Part shown: positions 1 through 12,200 of the stretch, in pieces | Layout of the letters: each line of letters opens with the position of its first letter | Position numbering within the stretch: position 1 is the first letter of the stretch | Source: Stegostoma tigrinum | Lineage: Eukaryota | NCBI RefSeq assembly: GCF_030684315.1 | Contig: NC_081386.1 | Coordinates: 32,221,020 to 32,285,019 of the forward strand | DNA length: 64,000 bases | Reading direction: 5' to 3' | Notes under the pieces: generated by a model | What the model was told of the DNA's origin: nothing | The model's database searches: none | The model's input: the letters and a program-made list of their open reading frames with translations, nothing else | Translations under genes and position numbers: made by a program

Positions 1-167
1 ATCTACACCTCCTCATATCACAAGGGATAACAAACACTGTCACATCCAAAATATTGGAATCTTTTCTTTATAGACAACCATCAATCCTCAATATCATTTG
101 AATTTTACCTCCAGTGGGTCACTTTAACTGATGCTCATGTTATCCCTTTCAACATAAGGAACTAACT

Positions 168-482
168 TATGGTGTCTCAGTGTTAGCACTGCTGCCTCAC
201 AGCACCAGGGATCCGGGTTTGATTCCAGCCTCGGGCTTCTGTCTGTGTGGAGTTTGTACATTGTCCCCGTGTCTCTGTCCTCCGGGTGCTCCGGTTTCCT
301 CACACAGTCCCAAGATGTGCAGGTTAGGTGGATTGGCCATGCCAAATTGCCCGTAGTGTTCAGGGATGTGCAGCTGAGGTGGGTTGTACGGAGATGGGCC
401 TGGAGGGGATGCACTGAGGTTTGGTGTGGACTTGTTGGGCCAAAGGGCCTGTTTCCACAGTGTAGGAATTCTAAATTCTAAC
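168..482 (+). mobile_element. HE1-type V-SINE
   Basis: tRNA-like head (ctcagtgttagcactgctgcctcacagc...gggtttgattcc), V-domain (gtgtggagtttgtacatt...ggtttcctc...ccaagatgtgcaggttagg) and a CR1-like tail. Confidence 0.85.
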
Positions 483-1834
483 TGGAAGTAACATGGTATT
501 GAAACAGGCATTTAGGATAGCTCTCCTATCGACACAGATATCACATCGTCAGACAGATCTGCCTGGTCTCGAATTAGATTGAACAGTCATAGCAAAGTTG
601 CCAGTACAGGTCTGATACTGCTGGTATGTTATACTCCAATTGGTTAGAGGTAATATAGAGTACGAGGCTTATACACCCTTAGGTCATACACTGCAATATG
701 GTGTCAAAACTACGAGCATGTCTCTCAACTACATACTGAACACAAGACAAGTGCTACGACCTGCTATTCACCCAAGAAAAGGGACGTTCCCCAAAGTTAT
801 TGCAGTGTGTTGGGGCCACAATAGTGGCATTTATCACTTTGGTCTATAGTCAAAGTGTCCTCCTCATTTACGAAACAATGTCTTGGATTTTTATGTACTT
901 GGGAGTTGGCAGCAACTTGAGAGGCTAATGCCCAAGCCTAGTTGTCCCTTGGAATTCGAGTCACTCTGTTCGAGGTTGTCTGGATACATTTTTCAGACCT
1001 GGCTGCTTTAAGCATCACTGTGAGAGTTCCCCAAAAGCCACAGGCTAGCAGAACTGCCTCTGATCTCTAACCCACTACTGAATGCATTTTGTTTATAAAT
1101 GCCAATCTACAAAATACTGCCCAGTATTAGGCAAAGATTTGCACCAAATGTCTCAAAAGAAACTTTGTACAAATTAACCAGGTTTTGTCAAAACGTATTC
1201 ACAAAAAAAAATCTGACTGATGTTGTGTACTGGACAGAGACAGCGAGGAGGAGAGTTGCAGGGGCAGCTGGAAGAACAGGGGGCTTTTTGTAACAAAGAA
1301 GCAGGAGTAGGCCATTCAGCCCATTGAAATGGCTGACTGGGGGCATACTTAATGCTTTAGTCCCCTACACTATCTCCACATTCCATTACATTTGCGGCCT
1401 TCAAAAATCTATCAACGTGTACTTTAAAATGGACCAAAAAACTGAGTTTCCACAGCCCTCTGGGGTACAGAATTCCAACAATCACAAGTGAATGAAAACA
1501 ATTTCTCTTAGTCCTACTTGTGCCCTTTGGCTCTTAACACCACAAGCAGGGGAAACATCTCTCCATCTAACCTGTCCATTCCTTTAAGTAGGGACTTTCA
1601 ATGATAGGGAGGTTTTTAATTGGACAATTAATGAATTTAGCAGTAGGTTTAAGTTTATGGTTGTGCAGACTTGCTGTGCCAACATTTACCTCTGGCAAAC
1701 AGTTTTTGATTTTTGTTGATTCATTAAAGATCGTCTTTGTTAAGGATTATTAAAGCACCACCGTCCTTTCAAAAGGCCAACTGTATAGTTTACTCTTCAA
1801 TACTGTCAAGTAATAATAAAGAGGGTGTACACAC

Positions 1835-1939
1835 TGTCAGAGGCAGATTGGGAACTCCACGTACCCCGATGATCGAATTTAGTTCCGTCATAGTCACCTG
1901 CTTGGCACGTTCGACAGCTTGTGCAACTTGCTGCTGATG
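1835..1939 (-). CDS. TLE3: TLE3 coding exon 6 ([25 protein letters not shown][[10 protein letters not shown]]); 75 bp (to 1865) or 105 bp (to 1835)
   Basis: cacag acceptor and two in-frame donors 30 nt apart (GGG|gtacgt and ACA|gtgtgt). The gene continues beyond the left edge of the window. Confidence 0.94.
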
Positions 1940-2249
1940 CTGTGAGATTGAGGGGGAAATCGGGGAGTAGGGTGGGAATGGGGGGGGGGGGGGGGGGGGG
2001 AAGGGGGCAGTGTGGAGAGAAGAAACACGTTCAAAAATGGCCCGAGAATTAACGTGCAGCTTCAAAAAAAAAAAAACTTTCTAACAGCTATGGGACAAAC
2101 AAGGAGAAACCCCTTTTTCAAAATAAAAATGTTGACCAGCAGCAGGCACTGAACCGTCACTGTATGGCAAACGCTAATTCGATTCAGCTTAGACTGATCG
2201 GACACCCAGCATGAGATGGGCTAGGCTGATTCAGAACAGCCTAGCCCAC

Positions 2250-2510
2250 CGTGCTGTACCGTGGCTCAGCAGTTAACGCTGCTGCCTCACAGCGCCAGGG
2301 ACCCAGGTTCAATTCCACCCTCGGGCAACTGTCTGCATAGAGTTTGCACATTCTCCCTTTGTCTGCGTGGGCTTGCTCTGGGTGCTCCACTTTCGTCCCA
2401 AAGATTTGCAAGCTGGGTGGGTTAGCCATGAGAAATGCAGTGTTGTAGGGGTGGTAGGTCTGGGTGGGATGCTCTTGATGGACAGAATGGCCATTTCCTG
2501 CTCTGTAGGG
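2250..2510 (+). mobile_element. HE1-type V-SINE
   Basis: Same head and V-domain as 168-482. Confidence 0.8.
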
Positions 2511-3389
2511 CTGCTCATCTCAAATCCTGATCAAACAGAGATGTAAGAGAAATTTCTCTACTCCATCATGCCTAAAGATTGCATTGACAGATATGACTGG
2601 GGTTGATTTTACATGTTTACATCATACAGCTATCCTCCATTGACTGCACTTTCACTGGGAAACAATCCTGCTTTAACTGAGAGACTTTGTTGTAAATCGG
2701 TAAGTTTCACTCCCCTCCAGCCTCGTTGACTATTCATTTCACTACATCATCCAGTTTCCACTCCAATCCAGGGATATCAGGGAGTATCAATTATTGGAGA
2801 CTCCATCCCCTCCAAACTACCACACACACACATACTCACACAGTACAGTACAGGGTCTTTCATCAACTTTAAGGTTGTAGCTACCAGTTCAGAATAGCCT
2901 GCGCCTGCCTACAGTCTGGGAAATGCAGACCATGTACCATTCAGGTTCTCTCAGCAATGCTGCCCATACTGCGGAGGTGGGAGCGGTTTGGGACGTTGGA
3001 AATCTCACATGGGACTGACTGCCCTCTGTGCTCATCTCCCAACACTGGAGTCGGAATGTGTTGAGGAATCAATAGGGACACCACCAAATCAGAAATGTAC
3101 AAACCTCGGTCAGGAATCAGGTGGGAGTGGTCCAGAGAATAAAGGTCCTGAACTGCCAATCATGGAAGGTCAACCAAAGCCTCCATTTAAAACCCAGAAA
3201 AAAATAAGGCAACTTGGAATTAGTTACTCCGTGTGTAAATGTAGACCGAAACAGACTGACCTTCGTATGGCCAGGATATCAGTAGCGTGGGATATGGTAT
3301 GCAAACGAAAGTGAGGCGTGATCCATCAGGATGGAAGGAGGTCAAAACTGACTCAAGGAACTGAATGATCCATTCCCATTGCTAAGTGG

Positions 3390-3680
3390 AGTGGGCATTG
3401 TAACAGTATAGGCAGATGGTGGAATGTGAATTCAATAACTATCTGGAATTAAGAGTCAAATGATGACCATGAATCCACTGTTGATTGTCAGAAGAACCCA
3501 TCTGGTTCACTAATGTCCTTTAGGGAAGCAAACTACCATCCTTACCTGGTCTGGCCTGCATGGGACTCCAGACCCACAGTAATGTGGTTGACTCTTGACT
3601 GCCCTCTGGGCAATTAGGGATGGGCAATAAATGCTGCCTGGACAGTGCCGCCCACATCCCATGAATGAATAAAGAAAAAG
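3390..3680 (+). mobile_element. Second SINE family (other copies at ~20380-20710 +, ~40045-40315 +, ~40525-40800 -, ~26450-26720 -)
   Basis: Shared core ctggttcactaatgtcctttagggaag...gactccagacccacagcaatgtggttgactct and tail cccacatcccatgaatgaat. Confidence 0.75.
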
Positions 3681-4218
3681 TACGGATGGGCTGTTAAACT
3701 GGGTATGCCATCAGAACCAAGTCCAAGTCCAAGTCCTTGGCCAATCTGTCTGGAACAGCAGGGACTGGGATAAGAGAATGGCAGGAACCCTGGGTTGGAT
3801 CGTTTCTCATTGACACACCAGAGGCATCCTCAGATTTCAACCGCAGCTCGTTCACAGCCAGGGTTTAGGTTTACTCGTGCCTTTACAGTTGGAACATTGG
3901 CTGAGAGAGGCCCACATCATTCCTCCAGTGAGACTACATTACTTAAGTGGGTTAAAAAAACATTACCCATTCAGACCACACGAGTCCTGGGACTTGGAAT
4001 ACTCCAGCTCAGAACAGTCTTTCACAGAGTAGGCAGCAATGGCAGAATAAGGTGGTCAGTACGGGAAATATTAAAGGGATGGTGTTTGAACAAAACAGGC
4101 AGGAAGGATTTCTCTCATGGGCCACTTGGAGAACGCAAACAGGTTACATTTCACCTTCTACACTCTCACACAAAGCATTAAACGGCTAGTAGCTAGAGGA
4201 TCAAGCAGGACCACTTAC

Positions 4219-4281
4219 CTCTTGTGATAGAAAGGGCATGATTTGTGCCAAGATCGTGTTTAGCCTTTTGGCAATTTCAGT
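4219..4281 (-). CDS. TLE3: TLE3 coding exon 5 (TEIAKRLNTILAQIMPFLSQE), 63 bp
   Basis: ctcag acceptor and gtaagt donor. TILAQIMPF distinguishes TLE3 from TLE1/2/4. The exon is absent from the ORF track and was found by reading the sequence. Confidence 0.96.
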
Positions 4282-4534
4282 CTGAGCAGGAGAGAAAATA
4301 AACAACAACAAAAAAACTTTGGTTAGTATTTGAAACAAATCTTTTTGCAGAAACACAGTGTCAGATAATGATGCAAAGCAAAAACGGAGGGAGGGAGAGA
4401 TAACCCCATTAATGGGCTAATTATTATTTATTGTACCAATATCACAATACTATTGTATCCAACAAGAAATGGCCAAGCAGGTGCCAGTCTCCATGAGAAA
4501 CTTGTGGCATAAAATTATGCCCCTTTTTTACAGC

Positions 4535-4535
<1 letters not shown>

Positions 4536-4617
<82 letters not shown>
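4536..4617. repeat. (GA)n microsatellite
   Basis: About 80 bp of nearly pure GA. Confidence 0.97.
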
Positions 4618-4620
<3 letters not shown>

Positions 4621-4956
4621 CTGAGGGAGGTGATGTTAGTCAGTGAATCATTATTGGGAGAAGGGTGTCAGAATAAGAAGGGTCAGTTTTACACCCGTCT
4701 AGGAGTTAAAACTAGTTTTAAAATTCTTTTAAAACATTTCCGGAATCAATTAAGTGAGTTTGAAAGCTTAGACTCTAATTCTGAGCTAGAGACTTAAATC
4801 AGTCCCAGATGCCAGGTCATTGCCCACCTGGGGTTTAAAACTTCTGACAACTACCACATGGGACTTCAAAGTTTATCACAGAGTGTATCTTTCAGCATGT
4901 GTCTGACCATTTGGAGACAGGAAGATCGGAGGCACATTTTAATAATTGGATATCTA

Positions 4957-4984
4957 TTAGATTAGATTAGATTAGATTAGATTA
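4957..4984. repeat. (ATTAG)n pentanucleotide repeat
   Basis: About five copies. Confidence 0.85.
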
Positions 4985-6884
4985 TTAAGAAAAAAAGGTC
5001 CTGAAAGCTCAAGCTGGTATAGAGGACCCCCAACCTCGACCAATTCAAATGTGAACCGTACAGAGGATTAGTTCATCCCCTCTCTGATCCAATCTCAATT
5101 ATACAAAATTGCAAGAAGTAGATCAAGAAAGTTGCAATACCGAGTTTTCGTAAAGAGCTGCTGCTCAAGCTGCAAACAGAAACTAGAGCTGACCATTCAA
5201 ATACCTTCAGCCTTTGTTACATTTCAATAAGATCACGGATAACATTTAACCTCCAAGCTGCCTTCCCGCACACTCCTGTATGATTTCACCACCAGAGGGC
5301 TATGAATATTGGCAGCTCACCATCACACCAGGATCAATCCTTGGTAAAAATCCGGAATTGCCAATCGCCACCAGAAAAATCACGATAGATATTCTATCAG
5401 AGCCATAGGGAGATTCTGAGCCTGCATCCTTGACTGTGGCCCAATAGGCCATTGTTCCCATGGGAACAATCAGACACTGCAGATACAGTGTGAATCAATT
5501 CGCTTGGCATCTCTGCCTTGTTCACTCAAGACAAGTTTGTGAACCAATCCCCAATTGTAGGTGGATCCTGGCACTTCCTGGCCCAGGTGAGACAATCCTT
5601 CAGTAAGGATTCAAGATTGTTTTACTCAATTAGGACCTTTCAAAACAGGATTGTACTTTAGCCCAACCCTTTAACATGACACTAGAGAACACCCCAGGCG
5701 TAGCCCAATTGCTCTAAAATACCAGAGGTTTGCTCTTCTTGTTCCATTTGATTGAGCACACAACTCTCCATGCTGCCCAATCAAGCACACAGTCTGTCAT
5801 CCAAACAAATTACAGGTTGTACCTTAAGCAGCTCTATTAACAATCTCCCTCATGGTCAGCCCTCACTTAGAAAACAAGGCCAAGAACAGAAATACTTCAA
5901 CAAATCCAAAGCTCCTTTGCTTAGAAAACATTATTCCTGACCATGTGAAATGGTCACTGCTGAACACATTCTTTACACACCATAAATTTCACAAGTACTT
6001 GTGCAATGAAATGGAATGGTATCTGACTAAACAGTTCAAAAAGAATTATTCTTGTACATTGCAGCTCAGAGGCATCTACTAAAGTTTCATTAAGACAATC
6101 ATCACAGTAGCTGTTCCCATTCCCTTGTCACTAAACCTTGTCACGTAATCTTTGGAGTTTAACAGCTGTCAAAATGGCATTGACTCCAAACTTCAGCATT
6201 CTGAGTTCCAGGGTCAAGCTCAGGAGTAGAGTAGACTTCTGTAATCAAAAACAGTTCGAACATACCATGTTGGGTGGTGGCGCGAGTGAAGTGCTTGCGT
6301 GCTGCATGAGTGTGCATATGACGGTAGCGGGCTGATGGTCAGATTGAGGTGGAGGAATACCTCGGTAGGACATGGGATGAGTTGAAGGCAACGAGGGGAG
6401 TAGATGGGGATAGTTAGGTGTACAATACGTTCAGAATGCAGTTCAAGAGCTGAGGGTAATAAAAAATCTGCAAGAATCGTGATTTGGTCTTCTTTCAGCT
6501 TCTGCTAGTAGCAGGAATTGATTTTATACCAGGATTGTATTACCAATGTAGAATTCAACATTTTCTTTGTGCTTTTGAGCTTCATCAATAAGTATTAAAA
6601 TTTCACAGTATTTGCTCCACATGCAGCACCCATCCCCATGTAACGGGAACCTCCAGGCATTTTTGGAATTTGTGCACGTGGTGGTGTGTGGCAGCTAATA
6701 CCAATTAACCTTGGCTGCCTGGTGGATTGGATCATTATTTGTCTGCTTTTGTACAGTGGAGTCTGGGTTTCAACAAACAAAAGCCATACAGTAAAACAGC
6801 AACAGGTTCCATTCATTTCAGACATGTAGGCCCTGTGCATTGTGATATATGCACTCATCTGAAACCACATTACATATCAGGGAA

Positions 6885-7301
6885 AAGAGACAACAAGGCG
6901 TAGAGCTAGATGAACACAGCAGGCAATGCAGCATCAGAGGAGCAGGTAAGCTTACGTTTCGGGTTTGGTCCCTTCTTCAGAAATGGAGGTGGGGAAGGAG
7001 ATTCTGAAATAAATAGAGGGAGAGAGGTGGATGGAACATGGATAAAGGAGCAGATAGGTGGACAGAAGATGGACGGGTCAAGGAGGTGGGGATGGAGCCG
7101 GTAAAGGTGAGTGTAGGTGGGAGTTAGGGTGGTGGTTGGCCAGTCAGGGGAAGACAAAATGATCAAGGAAGCGGGGATGAGGCTGGGAGGTAGGAGGAGA
7201 TAGGACGGACAGGTTAGGGAGGTAGGGACAAGCTGGGCTGGTTTTGGGATGCGTTTGGGGGCGGGGAGATTTTGAAGCTTGTGAAGTCCACGTTGATACC
7301 A
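6885..7301 (-). mobile_element. Penelope-like element 3' fragment in TLE3 intron 4
   Basis: Same terminal repeat and GINVDFTSFKISP-encoding tail as the other copies. Confidence 0.8.
6953..6980 (-). ncRNA. Minimal type I hammerhead ribozyme core, sense to TLE3 pre-mRNA
   Basis: The reverse complement is CTGAAGA-A-GGG[ACCAAA]CCC-GAAA-CG-TA, giving a GUA triplet. Confidence 0.6.
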
Positions 7302-8949
7302 TATATATGGTCACAGAAATTTGAGGGTGCATACACGAATGGTCGGCACAACATCGTGGGCTGAAGGGCCTGTTCTGTGCTGTACTGTTCTATGTTCTAT
7401 GTTCTATACCAACATACAAGATGTAAACATATCAGTTCACAAGACCGGCTCCATGCGAAAAGGGCGGTGATGGAGGAGAGAGACATAACAGACAGAAAGA
7501 AAAATAAACACAAGCTAGAGATGAAGGAAGAGGATGTCGGAGGCCGAGCAAGGAGTCCACCTTTAGACCAAAACTGTCGTAGTCCTTAGGTCATTGATAG
7601 ATTTAACACTGAACTCCCTAACCATCTCCATGTAGGCTCTTCAGTAAACCTCCACCAGGACGTCACCCAGAATGAATCTTAAAGTAGGCCGAGTGCAGAT
7701 TACGACCAAAGCTGTACTCAAAGAACAGCTGACCAACTATTCAATGAGCTTCACCTTCCCATGCCCCATTTTGAGAAGCTCCCTCAGCACCATGTCTCAG
7801 TGTAGCCCACAGCGAACAGAACAGATGCTCTCAAACTGGTCGGAGCTTCTCAGCTGTTTAGTTTTAATAAAGTGGCTGACAGTTGGCCAGAGACAGTCAA
7901 GTGAACCTGAGAAGCTTTATGACACCTCAGTCAGACTCCCTCAGTACAACAAAGTTGCAGCAAATGAACATCAAATGCTAGAACATTCCATTGCTTCCCA
8001 TTTGTCTTTGTTATTTTCTATTGCTTCAGGAAGAGGACTAAGTTTGGGATTTTGGTAAAATCCAGGAGCACTACGGAGCAGGACAGCGATCGCCACCAAT
8101 GACACACAGTCTCCCAAGTTTAATTCAGGGTCTGCTGATTCCACTAGGCCAAGCATTCAGGTCTCAGTCCAGTGTGAAGCAGAATCCAGGCTGACCCTCC
8201 CAGGGCAGAGGGGGTTCTGCATCGTCAGAGATGCATTGGAAAACAGTGGTCCTAGCTGCCCGCATCAAAAGAAAATCCAAAGGACTGTGTGAAAGAGCAC
8301 CGCGAAGTTCTCCACGCTTGGTCACATTTCCTTGGTCACACAATGAACACCCGGCTGCAATGCCATGAGATAGGATCTCTACCCATCCTCAAAACAAACA
8401 TTAACTGCACCAGCTTTAAAAGCAATGCCTGTTTCTTATAAAGAAACATAAAGGAACATGCAAGACACAAACTTGCATGTGTAACCCCTTAAACTAACTC
8501 ATGTGACTTAGGGTAATCTTTATAATATTTCACCAATGTGAATCTCCCTGCCTTCACTCCACTCTATACCCTCGGACTGTAAAATGCTCCATAAATTCAG
8601 CGCTGTTTTTCCCAAATTCTCACTCTTCCTTAAAAAGCCACCTACATCTCCCAGCTCTTGACCATTGCTCCTCCAAACATGTGCCTTCACAGGCACCCAA
8701 TGCAATGTGGGAGGGCTGTAATTAGTCCAGAAATAAGAGGTGGAGCAGGCCATTTAGTCCCTCAAACCTACACCCAGTCAATGCAATGGAGAGAGTGATC
8801 TTCTCCCTCAACAACACTCCCCACCCCCACCAAATCCCTTGAGTCACTTCAGTGTAAAAACAAAACCAATGCCAAACATACTCAAACAACCCAAGAGAGC
8901 CGCTTGTGGTAGGGAAGGTCAAAATTGCTCAAATTTGATGGATGGAATT

Positions 8950-9232
8950 TAATTGTAGAATCTCTAGTGTGGATGCAGGCCATTCATCCCATCAAATCAC
9001 ATTGCCCTTCTGAGGAGCAACACACTCACCCCCACACAGCCTACCTTATCCCTTTCACCCTCCACATCTCATGGCTAATCCACCGAGACTGCACTCTTCA
9101 GATTGTGGGTCGAAACCCACACAGACACAGGGAGAACGAGCAAACTCCACACAGGCAGTTGCCAGAGGCTGGAATCAAACCTGGGTCCCTCATGTTCTGA
9201 CGCAGCAGTGCTAACCACTGAGCCGTGTCACC
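8950..9232 (-). mobile_element. HE1-type V-SINE
   Basis: Reverse complement of the same head and V-domain. Confidence 0.8.
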
Positions 9233-12200
9233 ACAACATCTCATTCTAATCCCAAACATCCAACACCTTCTCTCTACCATCACAGTCATACAATTGTCTT
9301 ATACTGTCGGACTCTGAAAATTTCATTGTTTAGTAGTACAGAACTTAAAAACTATTAAAAAAGTGACAAAGTTGACGCTTTTACCATATGCACTCAAATT
9401 AAGGCCAGGAGGCAAGGAACTAGAAGCTAATGTATACATCAGGAAGAGAGGTTGCACCATGGAGATGTAACAGGCACCAGTGAAGAGCCTGACCTAAAGC
9501 TAACAGTCTGGGATCAGAGTTGAAACAGCTCAGACTGGCAGTTGTGTGTCCTGGCTTCATTCATCTCCATGCTATCTGATTGGCAACCTTTCCCCATGTT
9601 ATATAAGTCACTGTTCCCTTTCTCACATCAGTCCTGCTAAGGACATAATGAAAAATCTGCTTAAGACAAAAGTCAATGTCTAAGAATAACATACAATATG
9701 TTTCTTAAAAAATCGTTAAAAATTGCATTCATGTAGACCCTTTGCTGCTGAATGACTGTTGCCTGTTGGAATACCAAACAATGCTCAGTAATATAAAAAA
9801 CTCAAGCACCAAATGATTTGCAGAGGTCTGGAATACACTGGTTCAAAAGGACAACCAAAACAAATTCAAAGGTAACTCTGAAGGTAGACTCACAGGCTCA
9901 GATTCAACAAGACTGGATCCCTAATGACATCTGAGCCACTTTCCTCTTCTCTACCAATGCTAATCCAACCTGGTTGAGCATATGATCCACTTATGGTTTC
10001 AGATTTCCAAAACTAGAGTACTTATTTTCCTTCTTGCTTCTAATTTAGATGCATTTAATAAAGAAAATTCATTTGGATGCTCAATAATGCATCACTGAAC
10101 AGCCCAAACAGAAAGGATTTAAAAATGACACAGAATGGAGGCAGAACATGTGTAAATTCATGACAACAAAATGTGAGGCTGGATGAACACAGCAGGCCAA
10201 GCAGCATCTCAGGAGCACAAAAGCTGACGCTTCAGAGAGGAGGGTCTAGACCCGAAACGTCAGCTATTGTTGTCAGTTCTGAACAGTTTACCTCTAGGTT
10301 TTAAGATTGTGTCCCCATTTTCTACATTTCCCCCAATCCCAACAGCAGTGGGGTGCAGTTTCCCTATATCCATCCAGATTTCTTAAACATCATCTCGATT
10401 AGATAACCCATTAAGCCTTCTATACTCAATAGTATCTAGTCATGGTCAGAAGTTTAACTCTATGTCCTGATATTATTCTGGGAATCTATGATCTACTTGC
10501 TATCGTGCTCCTTCGTGTCATTTCACACTGAGATTATGTACTGTGGATATTACCATCCCAGCTGAGGGTAATGCTGGATAAGTCAGATTCTAGAGTGGAA
10601 ACAGACTTGACAAATGAAAAACCTTTTCTCCTTCGTCGTTTGGTTATCATGGAAATCAGTCACTGAGTATGTTCACAAGAGGCTGCCAATACACTTCTAG
10701 CAAAAAAAAACAAAATGTTTATTCCACAAAAAGCAAAAACTCTGAGACAATTTTGAAAAAACTTTTAAGAGCAAAAATAAAGCTTCGATGGTTTACTGAC
10801 ACTGAGCCCCACTGAAGTTTCTCTCCTATCTTCACTCTGGTTTTTTTACTCAACCAAGGTCATAAGCATTTTCTGTTGGCAAATTTCTGTGGATTCACAA
10901 GATGAGGCACAGGTAACTCGCTGACTCATCTCATTGAGCCTTGGCAAGAAGTGAATATTCCTCTCCCCCCCCCCACCCCACCAGTTACTTCAACTAGAGT
11001 CATACAGTTATACAGCATGCAAACAGACTCTTCAGTCTAATTCGTCCATGCCAATCAGGCATACCGATCTGACCTGATCCGATTTGCTAGTTTGGAAGCT
11101 GCTAAACAGCACAGCTAATAGGATGGATCTTGTCCAACAGGACTGCACTTGCTGTTGTAAATTGTCCAACTTGGCAGAGTGTTGAAGAATTACCTCACTA
11201 GTAGCTTTGTCTACTCATTTAGCTCAAAATCATGGAATTTACTTGGAAAGGTTATTCAGACTCACTATGAAAAGAAAAATGTTTCTGACCCTTCAATACC
11301 CATTCACCTCTGCTTTAAAGCCAAGTTTCCAAATAATTACACCGTAAACCTTTGCCGCAATATTTACTGATGCACTCTGGGAATGTTGTCACTTTTACAT
11401 TGTGTACACTCCCAACATATCAAGTGATGGGGCGAAGTCTTTCTGTTGATCAATCTGCAAGTTAAGAGCCCTACAGTTCCCAATTAAAGAGGTGTTTTTA
11501 AAGTTGAAAATAATATATATTGTCTTTGAATTATTTTTCTCCCTGGTGTACCTTGGTGGGCATTCCCAAAGGCGACCAGCCACTTTCAGACAGATGGATG
11601 GTTGACAAGCCTCTCCCGTTCACAGGCCTCAGTTTTCCCAGTGGTTTAAAATTCAAGACCCCACCACCCCAGCCCCAAAACAAAATCCACGGTACAACAT
11701 TCAACAATGTAACATATCTTGTCTGTACAGGGACAGAGGCTACACAAAGAGGGAACGTCACTGTGCCACACTGATGGACCAACAGCATGCCCCACCTGGT
11801 AGAACTAGGAAACAAGCCAAGCCAAGTCCACAGCATGAACCTGAAATGGGATCCCTACACTCAGACCATCCACTCTTGCAGTTACATGGTATCTTGCATA
11901 ATGTCAGGTGTGGCAAAGTGTTTCACAGCTGACCCAAATGCATTCACTATTGTACCTGTCAGAGCGCACAGAACCCAGCAGCCAATTTGATCAAAGCGAG
12001 ATACTGTCAAAACAAGCTCATTCCCCTTCTGCACAACACCTCCACTGGTCAGTAATAAAATGTCAAGTCGAAAATTCAGGAGAAAGTTCTGCTCTTCCGA
12101 GAGCAGCGGGAATGGGGAAGTACAAGGGTGTAGTCGAGCTGAAAAAGGAACTGCTGGCATAACACTGTTTCCTACAGCAAGCAAAGACTCCGGTCAGTCA

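Noticed and set aside
168-240. tRNA genes at A/B-box-like sequences (also ~2255, ~15950, ~54700)
   Set aside because: They continue into SINE bodies and do not form complete cloverleaves.
1790-2065. 91-aa ORF with a poly-proline stretch as a stand-alone protein
   Set aside because: Only 1835/1865-1939 is exon. The prolines come from the intronic poly-C tract.
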